Assembly: GCA_963676795.2 (NCBI GenBank)
Contig: CAXXTB010000002.1
Location: forward strand, 1,120,001-1,184,000
Source of the DNA: Geopsychrobacteraceae bacterium
Lineage (GTDB): Bacteria > Desulfobacterota > Desulfuromonadia > Desulfuromonadales > Geopsychrobacteraceae
Length of the DNA stretch: 64,000 nucleotides
Reading direction: 5' to 3'
The position numbers and the translations under genes are program-made. The notes under the pieces are model-generated. The model was not told where the DNA came from, made no database searches, and saw only the letters and a program-made list of their open reading frames with translations. Positions 40,278-51,100 of this stretch are shown piece by piece (positions within the stretch are counted from its first letter, which is position 1; each line of letters opens with the position of its first letter).

Positions 40278-41123
40278 ATGCGAAGCCGATTTTTGCGTGA
40301 TATTGTCTGGCGGAGGTTGCGTAACAACCGCATGGCGCTGGCCGGAGGCGTCATCGTTCTGGTCATGTTTGTTCTGGCCACTGCGGCCTCTTTTGTGCCT
40401 CTTGATCCTGCCGCGATCAACGTTTCCCAGGGCCTTCAGCCGCCGGGCTGGCAGCATTGGCTCGGCACCGATGACCTCGGCCGCAGTGTCCTGGCCAGAA
40501 TGCTCTATGGCGCGCGGATTTCCCTGCTGGTCGGTTTCGTTGCTGTCGGCCTGTCGACCCTGATCGGTATTGTCATTGGAGCCCTTGCCGGGTTTTACGG
40601 AGGCTGGATCGATGCCCTGGTGATGCGCTTTGTTGACATCATGCTTTGTTTTCCGACCTTTTTTCTGATCCTGGCGGTGATCGCTTTTCTTGACTCGTCG
40701 ATCTGGAACATCATGGTTGTCATCGGGCTGACCAGTTGGATGGGGGTCGCCCGTCTGGTCAGGGCCGAGTTTTTGAGTCTGCGACAACGTGATTTTGTCC
40801 TGGCCGCCCGCTCCCTTGGGGCGAGTGATTCACGGCTGATTTTTCGCCATATTCTGCCGAATTCCTTATCTCCGGTGCTGGTTTCTGCGACGCTGGGCGT
40901 GGCTGGCGCCATACTGACTGAAAGTGCGCTCTCTTTCCTGGGAATCGGGGTTCAGCCACCGACCCCCTCCTGGGGCAATATGCTGATTGTCGGCAAGCAG
41001 ACCCTGGGAACAGCCTGGTGGCTGTCGGTTTTCCCGGGGCTGGCGATTCTGCTGACGGTTTTAGGTTACAACCTGCTGGGCGAAGGTATTCGCGACGCCC
41101 TCGATCCAAGATTGAAAGACTGA
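40278..41123 (+). CDS. Peptide ABC transporter permease (OppC family)
   Basis: HWLGTDDLGR, AARSLGA, ESALSFLGIG, RDALDP. Confidence 0.93.
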   Translation: MRSRFLRDIVWRRLRNNRMALAGGVIVLVMFVLATAASFVPLDPAAINVSQGLQPPGWQHWLGTDDLGRSVLARMLYGARISLLVGFVAVGLSTLIGIVIGALAGFYGGWIDALVMRFVDIMLCFPTFFLILAVIAFLDSSIWNIMVVIGLTSWMGVARLVRAEFLSLRQRDFVLAARSLGASDSRLIFRHILPNSLSPVLVSATLGVAGAILTESALSFLGIGVQPPTPSWGNMLIVGKQTLGTAWWLSVFPGLAILLTVLGYNLLGEGIRDALDPRLKD

Positions 41124-41524
41124 TGCCTGACCAATTTATCCAAGAACGTTTTCTGGCACTGCAGCGGGGTGATTATGCTGCGGTCTATCAGAGCTACCAT
41201 TCCGAAGCTCCCTTTGTGCAGAATTTTGCCCGGGAGGCTGATTATGTCGATTTTGCCTCCGAACATCTCTCCCGGATCCAGGTCGTCAGCTGGCGCTGCC
41301 TGGCTCAACGTGAGGCCGGTGCAGGGGTGGAAGTCATCCTGGTCATGGAGCTTGAAGTAGATGGTATCCGTCAGCTCTTCTTTGAACTGGCCCTGCTGCT
41401 TGAGACTCCACAGGGATGGAAGTATCATTCCGCCCAGAAGCTCAGCCCTGAGGAGTTTACTGAGCATCCTGGCCGGCTCGATTTCAGCCACTTCGATCTG
41501 GCTGCCCAGAAGGTCCGTTTCTAG
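41123..41524 (+). CDS. YchJ-like NTF2-fold protein (no SEC-C motif)
   Basis: ERFLALQRGDYAAVYQSYH and terminal GWKYHS resemble the YchJ core. TGATG overlap with oppC. Confidence 0.5.
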   Translation: MPDQFIQERFLALQRGDYAAVYQSYHSEAPFVQNFAREADYVDFASEHLSRIQVVSWRCLAQREAGAGVEVILVMELEVDGIRQLFFELALLLETPQGWKYHSAQKLSPEEFTEHPGRLDFSHFDLAAQKVRF

Positions 41525-41526
41525 CG

Positions 41527-42342
41527 ATGCCTGAACTTCCGGAAGTCGAAACCACCCTGCGCGGGATTGAGCCCCATATCAGTCAGCGGCGGATTGTCGA
41601 GCTGGTTCTGCGTGCCGACAAGTTGCGCTATCCTCTCGACAAGGCGCTCTGCCAGGTTTTGCCCGGACAGGTCATTCTCAAGGTCACTCGCCGTGCCAAA
41701 TATCTGCTGATCGAATGTACTGACGGGACCCTGATTCTGCACCTTGGTATGTCGGGGGTGTTAAGGATTCTTGCCGCCGATACGACGGAGCAGAAGCATG
41801 ACCATGTCGACCTGATCTTTGGCGATGGGATGATGCTTCGCTTCAGCGATCCACGCCGTTTCGGGATGTTTCTGTATACGAAGGAGCCGGTCGAAGATCA
41901 TCCCCTGCTTGTCAAACTCGGTCCCGAGCCGCTTGCAGCGGAATTTGACGGGGCTTATCTCCACCAGCGCTCACGCAATAAAACCGTTGCGGTAAAACCC
42001 TTCATTATGGATCAGAGCGTGGTTGTCGGTGTCGGCAATATCTACGCCAACGAAGCGCTGTTTAGGGCCGGGATCGATCCGCGCCGACCGGCTGGGAAAG
42101 TCAGTTTCAAACGCTATGCTGCCCTGGCTGACAGGATCAAGGGAGTGCTTGCCGAAGCGATCAGTGCTGGTGGGACGACGATCAGTGATTTCAGACAGAG
42201 TGACGGCAAACCAGGTTATTTTGCCCAGGAGTTGCAGGTCTACGGTCGCAGTGGGCAGCCCTGTCCGGCCTGCTCGATGAAGATCACGAGTCTGCGCCTT
42301 GGCCAGCGTTCAACCTATTATTGTCCGCGCTGTCAACGATAA
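41527..42342 (+). CDS. mutM: Formamidopyrimidine-DNA glycosylase
   Basis: MPELPEVE, HLGMSG, GVGNIYANE, C-terminal Zn finger. Confidence 0.97.
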   Translation: MPELPEVETTLRGIEPHISQRRIVELVLRADKLRYPLDKALCQVLPGQVILKVTRRAKYLLIECTDGTLILHLGMSGVLRILAADTTEQKHDHVDLIFGDGMMLRFSDPRRFGMFLYTKEPVEDHPLLVKLGPEPLAAEFDGAYLHQRSRNKTVAVKPFIMDQSVVVGVGNIYANEALFRAGIDPRRPAGKVSFKRYAALADRIKGVLAEAISAGGTTISDFRQSDGKPGYFAQELQVYGRSGQPCPACSMKITSLRLGQRSTYYCPRCQR

Positions 42343-42500
42343 GAAACTGAGCGCGACAGAGAGCCGACCGGCGGATATTCAATTGTCCAGTTCCGGGCCT
42401 CTCGGCGGAGTGGTTTGTGCCTTGACGAAAGCGGTGCTCCGGGGTTATCGTGCGGCACTCAATAGAACCTGATTCAGGGATAAGAATTAAGGAATGATAT

Positions 42501-43985
42501 ATGGAAGAGTTAAACGAGCTTTTGCAGCAGCGTCGGGCCAAGCTTGACAGCTTTGAGGCCGCAGGTGTCAATCCCTTTGCCAATAACTTCAAGGTTGAAA
42601 ACACCGCAGCGCAGATTCACAGTCTGCACGCTGAAGATGATAAGGAAAAACTTGAAACCCTGACCGTCAGTTACACGATCGGTGGCCGGATTATGGCCCG
42701 TCGTGACTTCGGTAAGGCTGCGTTTCTGCAGGTTCAGGATGGTAGTGGCCGGATTCAGGTTTACGTGGCCATGAACCAGATCGGTGAAGAGGCCTTTGAG
42801 CTCTTCAAGAAGCTCGATATCGGCGATATTATCGGTATCGAAGGGCAGCCGTTCAGGACCAAAACCGACGAACTGTCGCTGCGCGCCGACAAGCTGCAGC
42901 TGCTGACCAAGTCGCTGCTGCCGTTGCCTGAGAAATGGCACGGGCTGACCGATGTCGAGACCCGCTACCGTCAGCGTTACCTCGATCTGATCGTCAACCC
43001 CGAAGTGCGCGATGTCTTTCGTAAGCGCAGCCAGATCATCAACCTGATCCGCGCCTACATGATGAATAACGACTACCTCGAAGTCGAAACACCGATGCTC
43101 CAGCCGGTGGCCGGTGGTGCGACCGCCAAGCCGTTTATCACCCATCACAATACCCTGAAGATGGATCTCTACCTGCGTATTGCCCCTGAGCTGTACCTCA
43201 AGCGCCTGGTGGTCGGCGGTTTTGATCGGGTCTTCGAGATCAATCGCAGTTTCCGCAACGAAGGGATCTCGATCCGTCACAACCCGGAATTCACCATGAT
43301 GGAGTTTTACCGGGCCTATGCGACCTATCATGATCTGATGGACTACACCGAGGCGATGATCAGTGATATCGCTCAGAAGGTCTGTGGCAGCATGGTCATC
43401 CCTTACGGTGACAAGGATGTCGATCTGACCCCGCCGTGGGAGCGTCTGACCATGCGTGAGGCGATTGTCAAATACGGCAATATCTCCCTGGAGGAGCTTG
43501 AGGATCACGCCAAGGTTCTGAATTACGCCAAGTCGCTTGGTCTGGCCATCGAAGGGGAGATCGGTCACGGCAAGCTGTTGACCGAGGTTTTTGAAGAGGT
43601 CGCTGAGCCGCATCTCTGGCAGCCGACCTTTATCACCGAGTATCCGACCGAGATATCGCCGCTGTCACGTAAGAATGACGAGAAACCTGAGATTGTCGAC
43701 CGTTTCGAGCTGTTTGTTGTCGGCCGGGAGCTGGCCAATGCTTTCTCCGAGCTGAATGACCCGATCGATCAGAAGGCGCGTTTCCTGGATCAGCTTGAAG
43801 AGAAAGCCAAAGGCGATGACGAAGCCCACGAGATGGATGAAGACTACATCCGTGCTCTCGAATACGGTCTGCCGCCAACCGCCGGTGAGGGGATCGGTAT
43901 CGACCGCCTGGTTATGCTGCTGACCAATTCCTCGTCGATTCGAGACGTGCTGCTCTTCCCGCAGATGCGTCCGGAAGTCGGTTGA
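42501..43985 (+). CDS. lysS: Lysyl-tRNA synthetase (class II)
   Basis: [31 protein letters not shown]. Confidence 0.98.
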   Translation: MEELNELLQQRRAKLDSFEAAGVNPFANNFKVENTAAQIHSLHAEDDKEKLETLTVSYTIGGRIMARRDFGKAAFLQVQDGSGRIQVYVAMNQIGEEAFELFKKLDIGDIIGIEGQPFRTKTDELSLRADKLQLLTKSLLPLPEKWHGLTDVETRYRQRYLDLIVNPEVRDVFRKRSQIINLIRAYMMNNDYLEVETPMLQPVAGGATAKPFITHHNTLKMDLYLRIAPELYLKRLVVGGFDRVFEINRSFRNEGISIRHNPEFTMMEFYRAYATYHDLMDYTEAMISDIAQKVCGSMVIPYGDKDVDLTPPWERLTMREAIVKYGNISLEELEDHAKVLNYAKSLGLAIEGEIGHGKLLTEVFEEVAEPHLWQPTFITEYPTEISPLSRKNDEKPEIVDRFELFVVGRELANAFSELNDPIDQKARFLDQLEEKAKGDDEAHEMDEDYIRALEYGLPPTAGEGIGIDRLVMLLTNSSSIRDVLLFPQMRPEVG

Positions 43986-43995
43986 GCGCTTATTG

Positions 43996-45243
43996 ATGGG
44001 ATACGAATGGTTAATCAGTCTCCGCTATCTTAGGGCCAAGCGGAAACAGACCTTCATCTCAGTCATCTCCTTTATCTCCATCGCCGGGGTCACCCTCGGC
44101 GTTGCGGCGCTGATACTGGTCCTGGCGGTCATGACCGGCTTTACAGACGGGGTCAGGAAGCAGATCCTGGGGAATGTTCCGCATGTGCTGGTCCAGCATT
44201 ATGGCGATGCGATCCACAATGCCGACGAAATTGTTGCTGCGGCGGAGCAGATCGAGCAGGTCCGTTCCGCCGTTCCCTACGTTTCCAAGGAGGCGATGCT
44301 GCTGTCGAAGGGGAATGTCGCAGCCGTCAGCATCAAGGGGATCGACACGCAGCACAGGATTTTCAGTCAGCCTCTGCTGACTCTCGACGGGCAGCCGGCT
44401 GCAGAGACGTTCTTCGCCGCCGATGCCGTTCGTCCCGGTATCGTCATCGGTGCAGACACGGCCGCATCGCTGGGGATCAGCGTCGGCGATTCGGTGAATG
44501 TCATCCCGCCGCTTTTCAATATTACCCCTTTCGGCATGGTCCCGAAAATGAAACCATTCCAGGTTGTGGCCATTTTTGAAAAGCAGAGCAGCCTGATTGA
44601 CAGCTTCTACGCCTATATTCCGCTGCAGACTGCCCAGAGCTTCTTTGAGATGGATGGTGTCAGCGGTGTCGAGATCGAAGTTGCCCTGTTCGAACAGGCT
44701 CCTGCAGTGGCTGGTCTTTTGGCTCAGCAGTTTCCCTTTCCTTATGTGGTGCGCTCCTGGCAGGCGATGTACGGTTCGTTCCTGTCAGCCCTCAAACTGG
44801 AAAAACTGGGGCTGTTTATCGTTCTCGGGATTATTGTCCTGGTTGCAGCGTTCAATATCGCCACAACCCTGATCATGGTCGTCATGGAGAAGAACCGGGA
44901 TATTGCCATATTGCGGGCTATGGGTGCGAACGCCCGCAGCATCATGAAGATCTTTCTCTTTGAAGGGCTGATTATCGGCACCGTCGGAACCGGGCTCGGA
45001 GCCCTGATCGGGGTTGTCCTGGCCTACTACGCCGATCCGATCATCAAGTTTCTGGAGCAGAGCTTTGGTATCCGTATCTTTGATCAGAGCGTCTACGGGA
45101 TGGAACACTTCCCATCGCAAATCGTCGTTTCGGATGTTGTCTCCGTTGTCGTCATGGCCATGCTGATCTCTCTGCTGGCAACACTTTATCCGGCCTGGAG
45201 AGCTTCCCGGATGGATCCTGCCGAGGCGCTGCGTTATGAATAA
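43996..45243 (+). CDS. lolE: Lipoprotein-releasing ABC transporter permease (LolC/E family)
   Basis: [39 protein letters not shown]. Confidence 0.9.
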   Translation: MGYEWLISLRYLRAKRKQTFISVISFISIAGVTLGVAALILVLAVMTGFTDGVRKQILGNVPHVLVQHYGDAIHNADEIVAAAEQIEQVRSAVPYVSKEAMLLSKGNVAAVSIKGIDTQHRIFSQPLLTLDGQPAAETFFAADAVRPGIVIGADTAASLGISVGDSVNVIPPLFNITPFGMVPKMKPFQVVAIFEKQSSLIDSFYAYIPLQTAQSFFEMDGVSGVEIEVALFEQAPAVAGLLAQQFPFPYVVRSWQAMYGSFLSALKLEKLGLFIVLGIIVLVAAFNIATTLIMVVMEKNRDIAILRAMGANARSIMKIFLFEGLIIGTVGTGLGALIGVVLAYYADPIIKFLEQSFGIRIFDQSVYGMEHFPSQIVVSDVVSVVVMAMLISLLATLYPAWRASRMDPAEALRYE

Positions 45244-45928
45244 TGCGCCACTGATCAAGGTTTCCGGACTGAAAAAAGCGTTTAAAACGCCAGGTGGGAC
45301 CGTCGACGTCCTGCGCGGTATTGATGTTGAGATCAGGGCAGGGGAGCGCGTCGCTGTTGTCGGCACGTCCGGTGCGGGAAAGACCACCCTGATGCATATT
45401 CTGGGGGGGCTGGACCATCCAAGTGCCGGCCAGGTTCTTTACGCAGGTGAGGACCTCTTCGCACTGCGTGGTACGGCTCTGGATGCATTCCGTAATGCCA
45501 GTATCGGCTTCGTTTTTCAATTTCATCAACTGCTGCCTGAATTTTCGGCGCTGGAAAATGTCATGATGCCGTTGCTGATTGGCGGCATGGCACGTTCACT
45601 GTCTCAGCAACGAGCCTCAAACCTGCTGAGCGAAGTTGGCCTTGCGCACCGGCTCGACCACAAACCCGGAGCGCTGTCGGGGGGGGAGCAGCAACGCGTT
45701 GCCATTGCCCGAGCCCTGATCAAGGAGCCCAAACTGCTGCTTGCAGATGAGCCGACGGGCAATCTCGACTCGGTGACCTCGGGGGAGATCATGATGCTGC
45801 TCAATCAGATGCATCAATCCCGGGGACTGACGATGATCATCGTGACCCACAGTCGTCCATTGGCGGACAGCCTGGATCGGGTGTTACGAATTGAAGACGG
45901 TATTCTGGTCGAGGATCTTTTAAATTGA
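45236..45928 (+). CDS. lolD: Lipoprotein-releasing ABC transporter ATPase
   Basis: [36 protein letters not shown]. Confidence 0.92.
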   Translation: MNNAPLIKVSGLKKAFKTPGGTVDVLRGIDVEIRAGERVAVVGTSGAGKTTLMHILGGLDHPSAGQVLYAGEDLFALRGTALDAFRNASIGFVFQFHQLLPEFSALENVMMPLLIGGMARSLSQQRASNLLSEVGLAHRLDHKPGALSGGEQQRVAIARALIKEPKLLLADEPTGNLDSVTSGEIMMLLNQMHQSRGLTMIIVTHSRPLADSLDRVLRIEDGILVEDLLN

Positions 45929-45986
45929 AGTCGGTGGGCTCTTTCCCTATAATTCACCTTTTACTTTTGCCACGCAAGGACGCCTG

Positions 45987-48221
45987 ATGTTGAAAAGACT
46001 GTACCTTTTATGCTTGATTCTGTTGTCAGCGGCAACCGCTTTGGCGGGAGATTTTACGGTATCCGATATTCAGATCAGCGGTAACAGTCGTGTCGCCGAG
46101 TCGACTATCTTCAACGTCATACATATCAGCCCCGGCGACTCAGTCAGCGTAGGTGACATTGACCAAGCTGTTCATGATGTCTACGCCCTGGGGAGTTTCA
46201 AGGATGTCGGTGCTGAAGTTGTGGAGGTCAATGGCCTTGAGACTCTGGTTTTTTCCGTTGAAGAACTTCCCGTTATCAGAAATGTAGAATACGCGGGGAT
46301 CAAAGACGTCAAGCGGGACAAGCTCGCTCCTCTGCTCAAGGTCAGAATCCCATCGATTTACAACAAGGCAAAAATTGACGAAAGTATCAGCGAATTCCGC
46401 AACGTCTATATCGAAGACGGTTATCACGCGGTAAAGATCACCACCGAGTTGCGGACTGATGTCAATAACGAAGCGACTCTGATCTTCCACGTTGACGAAG
46501 GCGACAAGGTGCTGATTCGTGACATCACCTTTGTCGGGACAACCGTCTTCAAAAAGAAAGAACTGCTCAAGAAGATGGAAACCAAGGAAAAGTGGTTTCT
46601 TTCCTGGCTGACCGGTCGCGGAGCTTACCTCAAGGACGCCATGGAGCTCGACGTCGAGCGCATCAAGATGGCCTACCAGGATGTCGGCTATCAGGATGTC
46701 AAGGTCAAACCGGCGGATGTCACGCTGGTTGATGATAAATACCTGCAGGTTGTCATCGAGGTTGAAGAGGGGCTGCAGTATCATGTCGGTGATATCACGA
46801 TCTCCGGTGATATGATGAAGACTGAAGACGAGTTGAAGGAGCTCCTCAAGCTCAAGTCTGGTGATGTTTTCAGTCGTTCTGAATTACGCAACAGTATCGT
46901 CCGTTTGACCGACCTCTATGCTGACAGCGGTTATGCCTATGCCAATGTCACCCCTCTCACCAACAAGAATAGTGAAAAGCTGCTGGTCGGTTTCGAGCTG
47001 AATATCGAGCAGGGCCGCCAGTATCACGTCACTGAGATTCGTATCCACGGCAATACCAAGACCCGGGACAAGGTTATCAGACGTGAAATCTCGCTGCTGG
47101 AAGGTGAGCTGTATAACGCCACCAAGGTCAAGGCAGCGAACCGGAGAATTCGTAACCTCGGTTTCTTCGAGGAGGTGAACCTGACCAACAAGCCGGGCAG
47201 TGAACCGGACAGTTTGGTGCTGGATGTCGATGTTTCCGAACAGCCAACCGGGACCTTCTCTGTCGGCGCTGGGTACTCTTCAGCCGATGGCCCGGTCTTT
47301 CAGGGGTCTGTCTCGCAGGACAACTTCATGGGTTACGGCGTCAATGTTTCCATCGGTGGCACCTTCGGCGGCTCGAGTACTACCTACACCCTGTCCGTTT
47401 CGGACCCGCACTTTCTCGATACCGACTGGTTTCTGGGTGGTGAGATCTATAAATCAGAGTACGAGTATTCTGATTACGATGATTACCGCACCGGTGGCGC
47501 TATCAAAGGGGGGCACCCTCTTTCGGAGAACGTGAAATTCTATCTGACCTACCGCTTTGAGCAGAAGGAGATCTCTGATGTCGATGACGATGCGTCTGCA
47601 ACGGTCAAGGATGCGGAAGGGGAGTCGACCCTGTCGTCCCTGACGGCCGATCTGGTGCGCAACAGTACGGACAACTATCAGGATCCGAGTAAGGGGGGGA
47701 TTACCAAGCTGAGCCTCGAGTTCGCCGGTCTCGGAGGAACCGAGAACTTTCTCAAGGGGATTGCTGATCACCGTCACTTCTTTCCGGTGATCGGAGACAC
47801 TGTATTCTCCGTCCACGGCTCGATTGGCTATATCATGAAAACCTGGACAGATGATGATATCCCGATGAGCGAAAAGTTCTTCCTCGGCGGAATCCGTACC
47901 CTGCGTGGCTTTGAGTCCCGAGAGGTCGGTCCTATGGAAGATGGCGACTATATCGGCGGCGAGAAGATGGCATATGCCAATTTCGAGTATATTTTTCCAA
48001 TTGCCAAGGATATGGGTTTCAAAGGGGTACTGTTTTATGATATCGGCAACGCCTGGGGCGAAGACGAGGACTATTTCTCCGATCTGCGCCACAGTGCCGG
48101 TGCCGGTATCCGTTGGTTGAGTCCGCTCGGGCCGCTGCGCTTTGAATGGGGTTATAATCTCGATCCACGTGATGGGGAGAAACGCTCTGTATTTGAATTT
48201 ACAATCGGAAAAGCCTTTTAA
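45987..48221 (+). CDS. bamA: Outer membrane protein assembly factor BamA
   Basis: POTRA repeats (GNTKTRDKVIRRE), LRGF, SPLGPL, terminal Phe. Confidence 0.96.
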   Translation: MLKRLYLLCLILLSAATALAGDFTVSDIQISGNSRVAESTIFNVIHISPGDSVSVGDIDQAVHDVYALGSFKDVGAEVVEVNGLETLVFSVEELPVIRNVEYAGIKDVKRDKLAPLLKVRIPSIYNKAKIDESISEFRNVYIEDGYHAVKITTELRTDVNNEATLIFHVDEGDKVLIRDITFVGTTVFKKKELLKKMETKEKWFLSWLTGRGAYLKDAMELDVERIKMAYQDVGYQDVKVKPADVTLVDDKYLQVVIEVEEGLQYHVGDITISGDMMKTEDELKELLKLKSGDVFSRSELRNSIVRLTDLYADSGYAYANVTPLTNKNSEKLLVGFELNIEQGRQYHVTEIRIHGNTKTRDKVIRREISLLEGELYNATKVKAANRRIRNLGFFEEVNLTNKPGSEPDSLVLDVDVSEQPTGTFSVGAGYSSADGPVFQGSVSQDNFMGYGVNVSIGGTFGGSSTTYTLSVSDPHFLDTDWFLGGEIYKSEYEYSDYDDYRTGGAIKGGHPLSENVKFYLTYRFEQKEISDVDDDASATVKDAEGESTLSSLTADLVRNSTDNYQDPSKGGITKLSLEFAGLGGTENFLKGIADHRHFFPVIGDTVFSVHGSIGYIMKTWTDDDIPMSEKFFLGGIRTLRGFESREVGPMEDGDYIGGEKMAYANFEYIFPIAKDMGFKGVLFYDIGNAWGEDEDYFSDLRHSAGAGIRWLSPLGPLRFEWGYNLDPRDGEKRSVFEFTIGKAF

Positions 48222-48237
48222 GGCGTAATTTCAGGAG

Positions 48238-48744
48238 ATGATGATGAAAAGACTTTTGATTGCTATTATTGCCCTTTCCCTGTTCGCTGTTCCTGCTCTG
48301 GCGGAAACCAAGATTGCCCGGGTCGATATGCAGAAAGCTCTCAATGCCTGTGATGCAGGCAAGGATGCCAAGAAGCAGATCGATGCACTGGTTCAGAAAT
48401 ATGAAGGCGACTTCAAGCTCAAGCAGGACGCTATCACCGCAATGCAGAAGGATCTGGAAAAAGAGGCTGCGGTGCTTTCCGACAGCGCCAAGCAGGAAAA
48501 AGCCAAGGAATATCAGCAGAAGGTTATCGAGATCACCCAGTTGCGCAAGAAAATCCAGGATGAACTGAAAGCCAAAGATAAAGAGCTGACCAATAAAATT
48601 CTGGAAGAGCTCTATGCCGAGCTGGAAGTAATCAGCAAGAAGAAGGGTTATAACCTGGTCCTGAATGAAGGGGTCTTCATGTATGCTGATGGCAGTATCG
48701 AGGACCTGACCCAGGCCGTTGTCGACGCCCATAACGCAAAATAA
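48238..48744 (+). CDS. skp: Skp/OmpH periplasmic chaperone
   Basis: Signal peptide, KIARVDMQ, coiled coil, DLT; lies between bamA and lpxD. Confidence 0.9.
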   Translation: MMMKRLLIAIIALSLFAVPALAETKIARVDMQKALNACDAGKDAKKQIDALVQKYEGDFKLKQDAITAMQKDLEKEAAVLSDSAKQEKAKEYQQKVIEITQLRKKIQDELKAKDKELTNKILEELYAELEVISKKKGYNLVLNEGVFMYADGSIEDLTQAVVDAHNAK

Positions 48745-48760
48745 GATTACAGGGATTAGT

Positions 48761-49792
48761 ATGGCAACTTTGCAGGTACTGGCGGAACTGGTTGGTGGAA
48801 CATTGGCTGGTGATCCCGGGGTTGAGATCGATCATGTCGCTCCGATCGATCAGGCCGGCCCCGGATCAATCACCTTTGTCGCCAATCCCAAATACCTGAG
48901 CAAACTTCAGGATTGCCAGGCAACTGCGGTCATCCTGGCGCCTGGCATTGAGAGTCCTATTGAGAACCTGATAATCTGCAAGAACCCCTACCTGGCATTT
49001 GCCCGGATTCTGACCCATCTGCATGTTCCGGATCTGCCAGAACTGGGTATTTTGGCAGGGGCAACTGTTGCGGATTCTGCCCAGATCGATCAATCTGTGA
49101 CCATTTATCCGGGCTGTGTCGTCGGTGAGCGGGTCAGGATCGGTTCGGGGACGACCCTTTATCCGGGGGTTGTTATCTATGATGATGTCCTGATTGGTGA
49201 GAAGTGTATTCTGCATGCCAATACCGTAGTCAGAGAGCGTTGCAGGTTAGGGGACAGGGTGATTCTGCAGCCTGGTGCAATTATCGGTTCTGATGGCTTC
49301 GGGTTTGCTCCTGATGGTCAGTCCTACTATAAGATCCCGCAGGTTGGGATCGTTGTCCTTGAGGACGATGTTGAGATCGGCGCGGCAACCTGTGTGGACC
49401 GGGCGGCGATGGGCGAGACACTGGTCGGACGTGGTACCAAGCTGGATAACCTGGTGCAGATCGCGCACAATGTGCGCATCGGTGAAGATTGTATCATCGT
49501 TTCGCAGGTCGGCATCGCCGGAAGTACCCAGGTCGGCAATCACTGCACCTTTGGCGGGCAGACGGCAATCGCCGGTCATTTGAAGATCGGTGAAAATGTC
49601 ATGATCGGTGCCAGAGGCGGTGCGGCGGGAAATGTTGAGCCGAATCAGGTGATGTCCGGAGCGCCTTTGCTGCCGCATAAGCAGTGGCAGAAAGCGGCGA
49701 TGACCTTTGGCAAGTTGCCGGAAATGCGTAAAGATATGCAGTTAATGAAAAAACGCCTGGAAGAACTTGAGGCGCTTTTAAAGGAGGATTAG
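48761..49792 (+). CDS. lpxD: UDP-3-O-acylglucosamine N-acyltransferase
   Basis: Hexapeptide repeats, [20 protein letters not shown]. Confidence 0.96.
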   Translation: MATLQVLAELVGGTLAGDPGVEIDHVAPIDQAGPGSITFVANPKYLSKLQDCQATAVILAPGIESPIENLIICKNPYLAFARILTHLHVPDLPELGILAGATVADSAQIDQSVTIYPGCVVGERVRIGSGTTLYPGVVIYDDVLIGEKCILHANTVVRERCRLGDRVILQPGAIIGSDGFGFAPDGQSYYKIPQVGIVVLEDDVEIGAATCVDRAAMGETLVGRGTKLDNLVQIAHNVRIGEDCIIVSQVGIAGSTQVGNHCTFGGQTAIAGHLKIGENVMIGARGGAAGNVEPNQVMSGAPLLPHKQWQKAAMTFGKLPEMRKDMQLMKKRLEELEALLKED

Positions 49793-49798
49793 TAAAGT

Positions 49799-50236
49799 AT
49801 GATTACAATGAACATTCAGCAGATTATGGCGATTTTGCCACATCGATATCCTTTTCTGCTGGTTGACAGGATAGAAGAGGTTGAAGAGGGGAAAAAGGCT
49901 AACGGCTATAAGAACGTCACAATCAATGAGCCGTTTTTTCAGGGGCATTTTCCCGAACATCCGATCATGCCCGGCGTGCTGATTATCGAAGCCATGGCCC
50001 AGGTCGGCGGTGCCTATGTCTCCGTTCTTGACCAGATCGGAGATGATAAGGTCACCTATTTTGCCGGCATCGACAATGCACGTTTCCGTAAACCCGTGCT
50101 GCCTGGAGATGTACTGCGCATGGAGCTGGAACTGGTTTCCAAACGCCGCGGTATCTATATGTTCAGCGGCAAAGCCTATGTTGGTGATACCCTGGTTGCT
50201 GAAGCTGACCTCAAGGCAACCTTTGCGGACAAATAA
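49799..50236 (+). CDS. fabZ: 3-hydroxyacyl-ACP dehydratase
   Basis: LPHRYPFLLVD, GHFP..PIMPGVLIIEAMAQ. Confidence 0.97.
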   Translation: MITMNIQQIMAILPHRYPFLLVDRIEEVEEGKKANGYKNVTINEPFFQGHFPEHPIMPGVLIIEAMAQVGGAYVSVLDQIGDDKVTYFAGIDNARFRKPVLPGDVLRMELELVSKRRGIYMFSGKAYVGDTLVAEADLKATFADK

Positions 50237-50253
50237 GAAGAAAGCAGTCTATT

Positions 50254-51027
50254 ATGATTCATCCAACCGCAATCATCGCTCCGGGGGCTGATCTGGATTC
50301 CACAGTCACAGTCGGTCCCTACGCTGTTATTGGTGAACATGTCAAGATCGGTGCCGGTACAACCATCGGTCCACATACCGTTATTGAAGGACGAACAGAG
50401 ATCGGTTGCGATAATCAGATTTTTCAGTTCTCTTCGATCGGAGCCGTACCTCAGGATCTGAAATTTCGAGGTGAAGAATCGACCCTTAAAATCGGTGACC
50501 GCAACAAGATCCGCGAGTTTACTACGATACATCTCGGTACAGCCGACGGCGCCAACGAAACTGTTGTCGGCAACGATTGTCTGTTCATGGCCTATAGTCA
50601 CGTCGCTCATGACTGCATCGTCGGCAATCATGTGATCCTGGCCAACGCGGCGACCCTGGCCGGTCATGTCGAAGTCGGAGACTTCGCCATTCTGGGTGGC
50701 TTGAGCGCAGTACATCAGTTCACCCGTATCGGCTGCCATGTGATGGCCAGTGGTGGATCGATGATCGCTCAGGATGTCGCTCCCTACTCAATTGTTCAGG
50801 GAGACCGCGCGACGACGGTTGGTGTCAATCTGACCGGCTTGAAGCGGCGTGGATTTTCCAAAGAGGCGCTGGCGAATATTAAAAACATGTATAAGCTCGT
50901 CTTCCGATCAGGACTGAAATTGGACGAAGCAATCATTGAGATTGAAAAAAACTGCGATCCTCAGGCAGATGAAGTCAGGGGATATGTCGAGTTTTTACGC
51001 AAGAGTGAACGTGGCCTGGCGCGCTGA
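50254..51027 (+). CDS. lpxA: Acyl-ACP:UDP-N-acetylglucosamine acyltransferase
   Basis: IHPTAII, PQDLKF, HVAHDC, AVHQF. Confidence 0.96.
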   Translation: MIHPTAIIAPGADLDSTVTVGPYAVIGEHVKIGAGTTIGPHTVIEGRTEIGCDNQIFQFSSIGAVPQDLKFRGEESTLKIGDRNKIREFTTIHLGTADGANETVVGNDCLFMAYSHVAHDCIVGNHVILANAATLAGHVEVGDFAILGGLSAVHQFTRIGCHVMASGGSMIAQDVAPYSIVQGDRATTVGVNLTGLKRRGFSKEALANIKNMYKLVFRSGLKLDEAIIEIEKNCDPQADEVRGYVEFLRKSERGLAR

Positions 51028-51056
51028 GTCTGAAGAGCATATCTGTTGCAAATGTT

Positions 51057-51089
51057 GCGAGGCCATTGGTGCCTCGCCTTTTGTTTTTT
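51057..51089 (+). terminator. Probable terminator between lpxA and lpxB
   Basis: GCGAGGC-cattggt-GCCTCGC followed by CTTTTGTTTTTT. Confidence 0.55.
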
Positions 51090-51100
51090 AGGAAGGTTCT

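Noticed and set aside
42359..42412. Irregular hairpin upstream of lysS as a riboswitch or T-box
   Set aside because: Too short and lacks lysine-riboswitch or T-box consensus; lies upstream of the likely lysS promoter.
42510..43613. 367-aa minus-strand ORF
   Set aside because: Antisense shadow of lysS.
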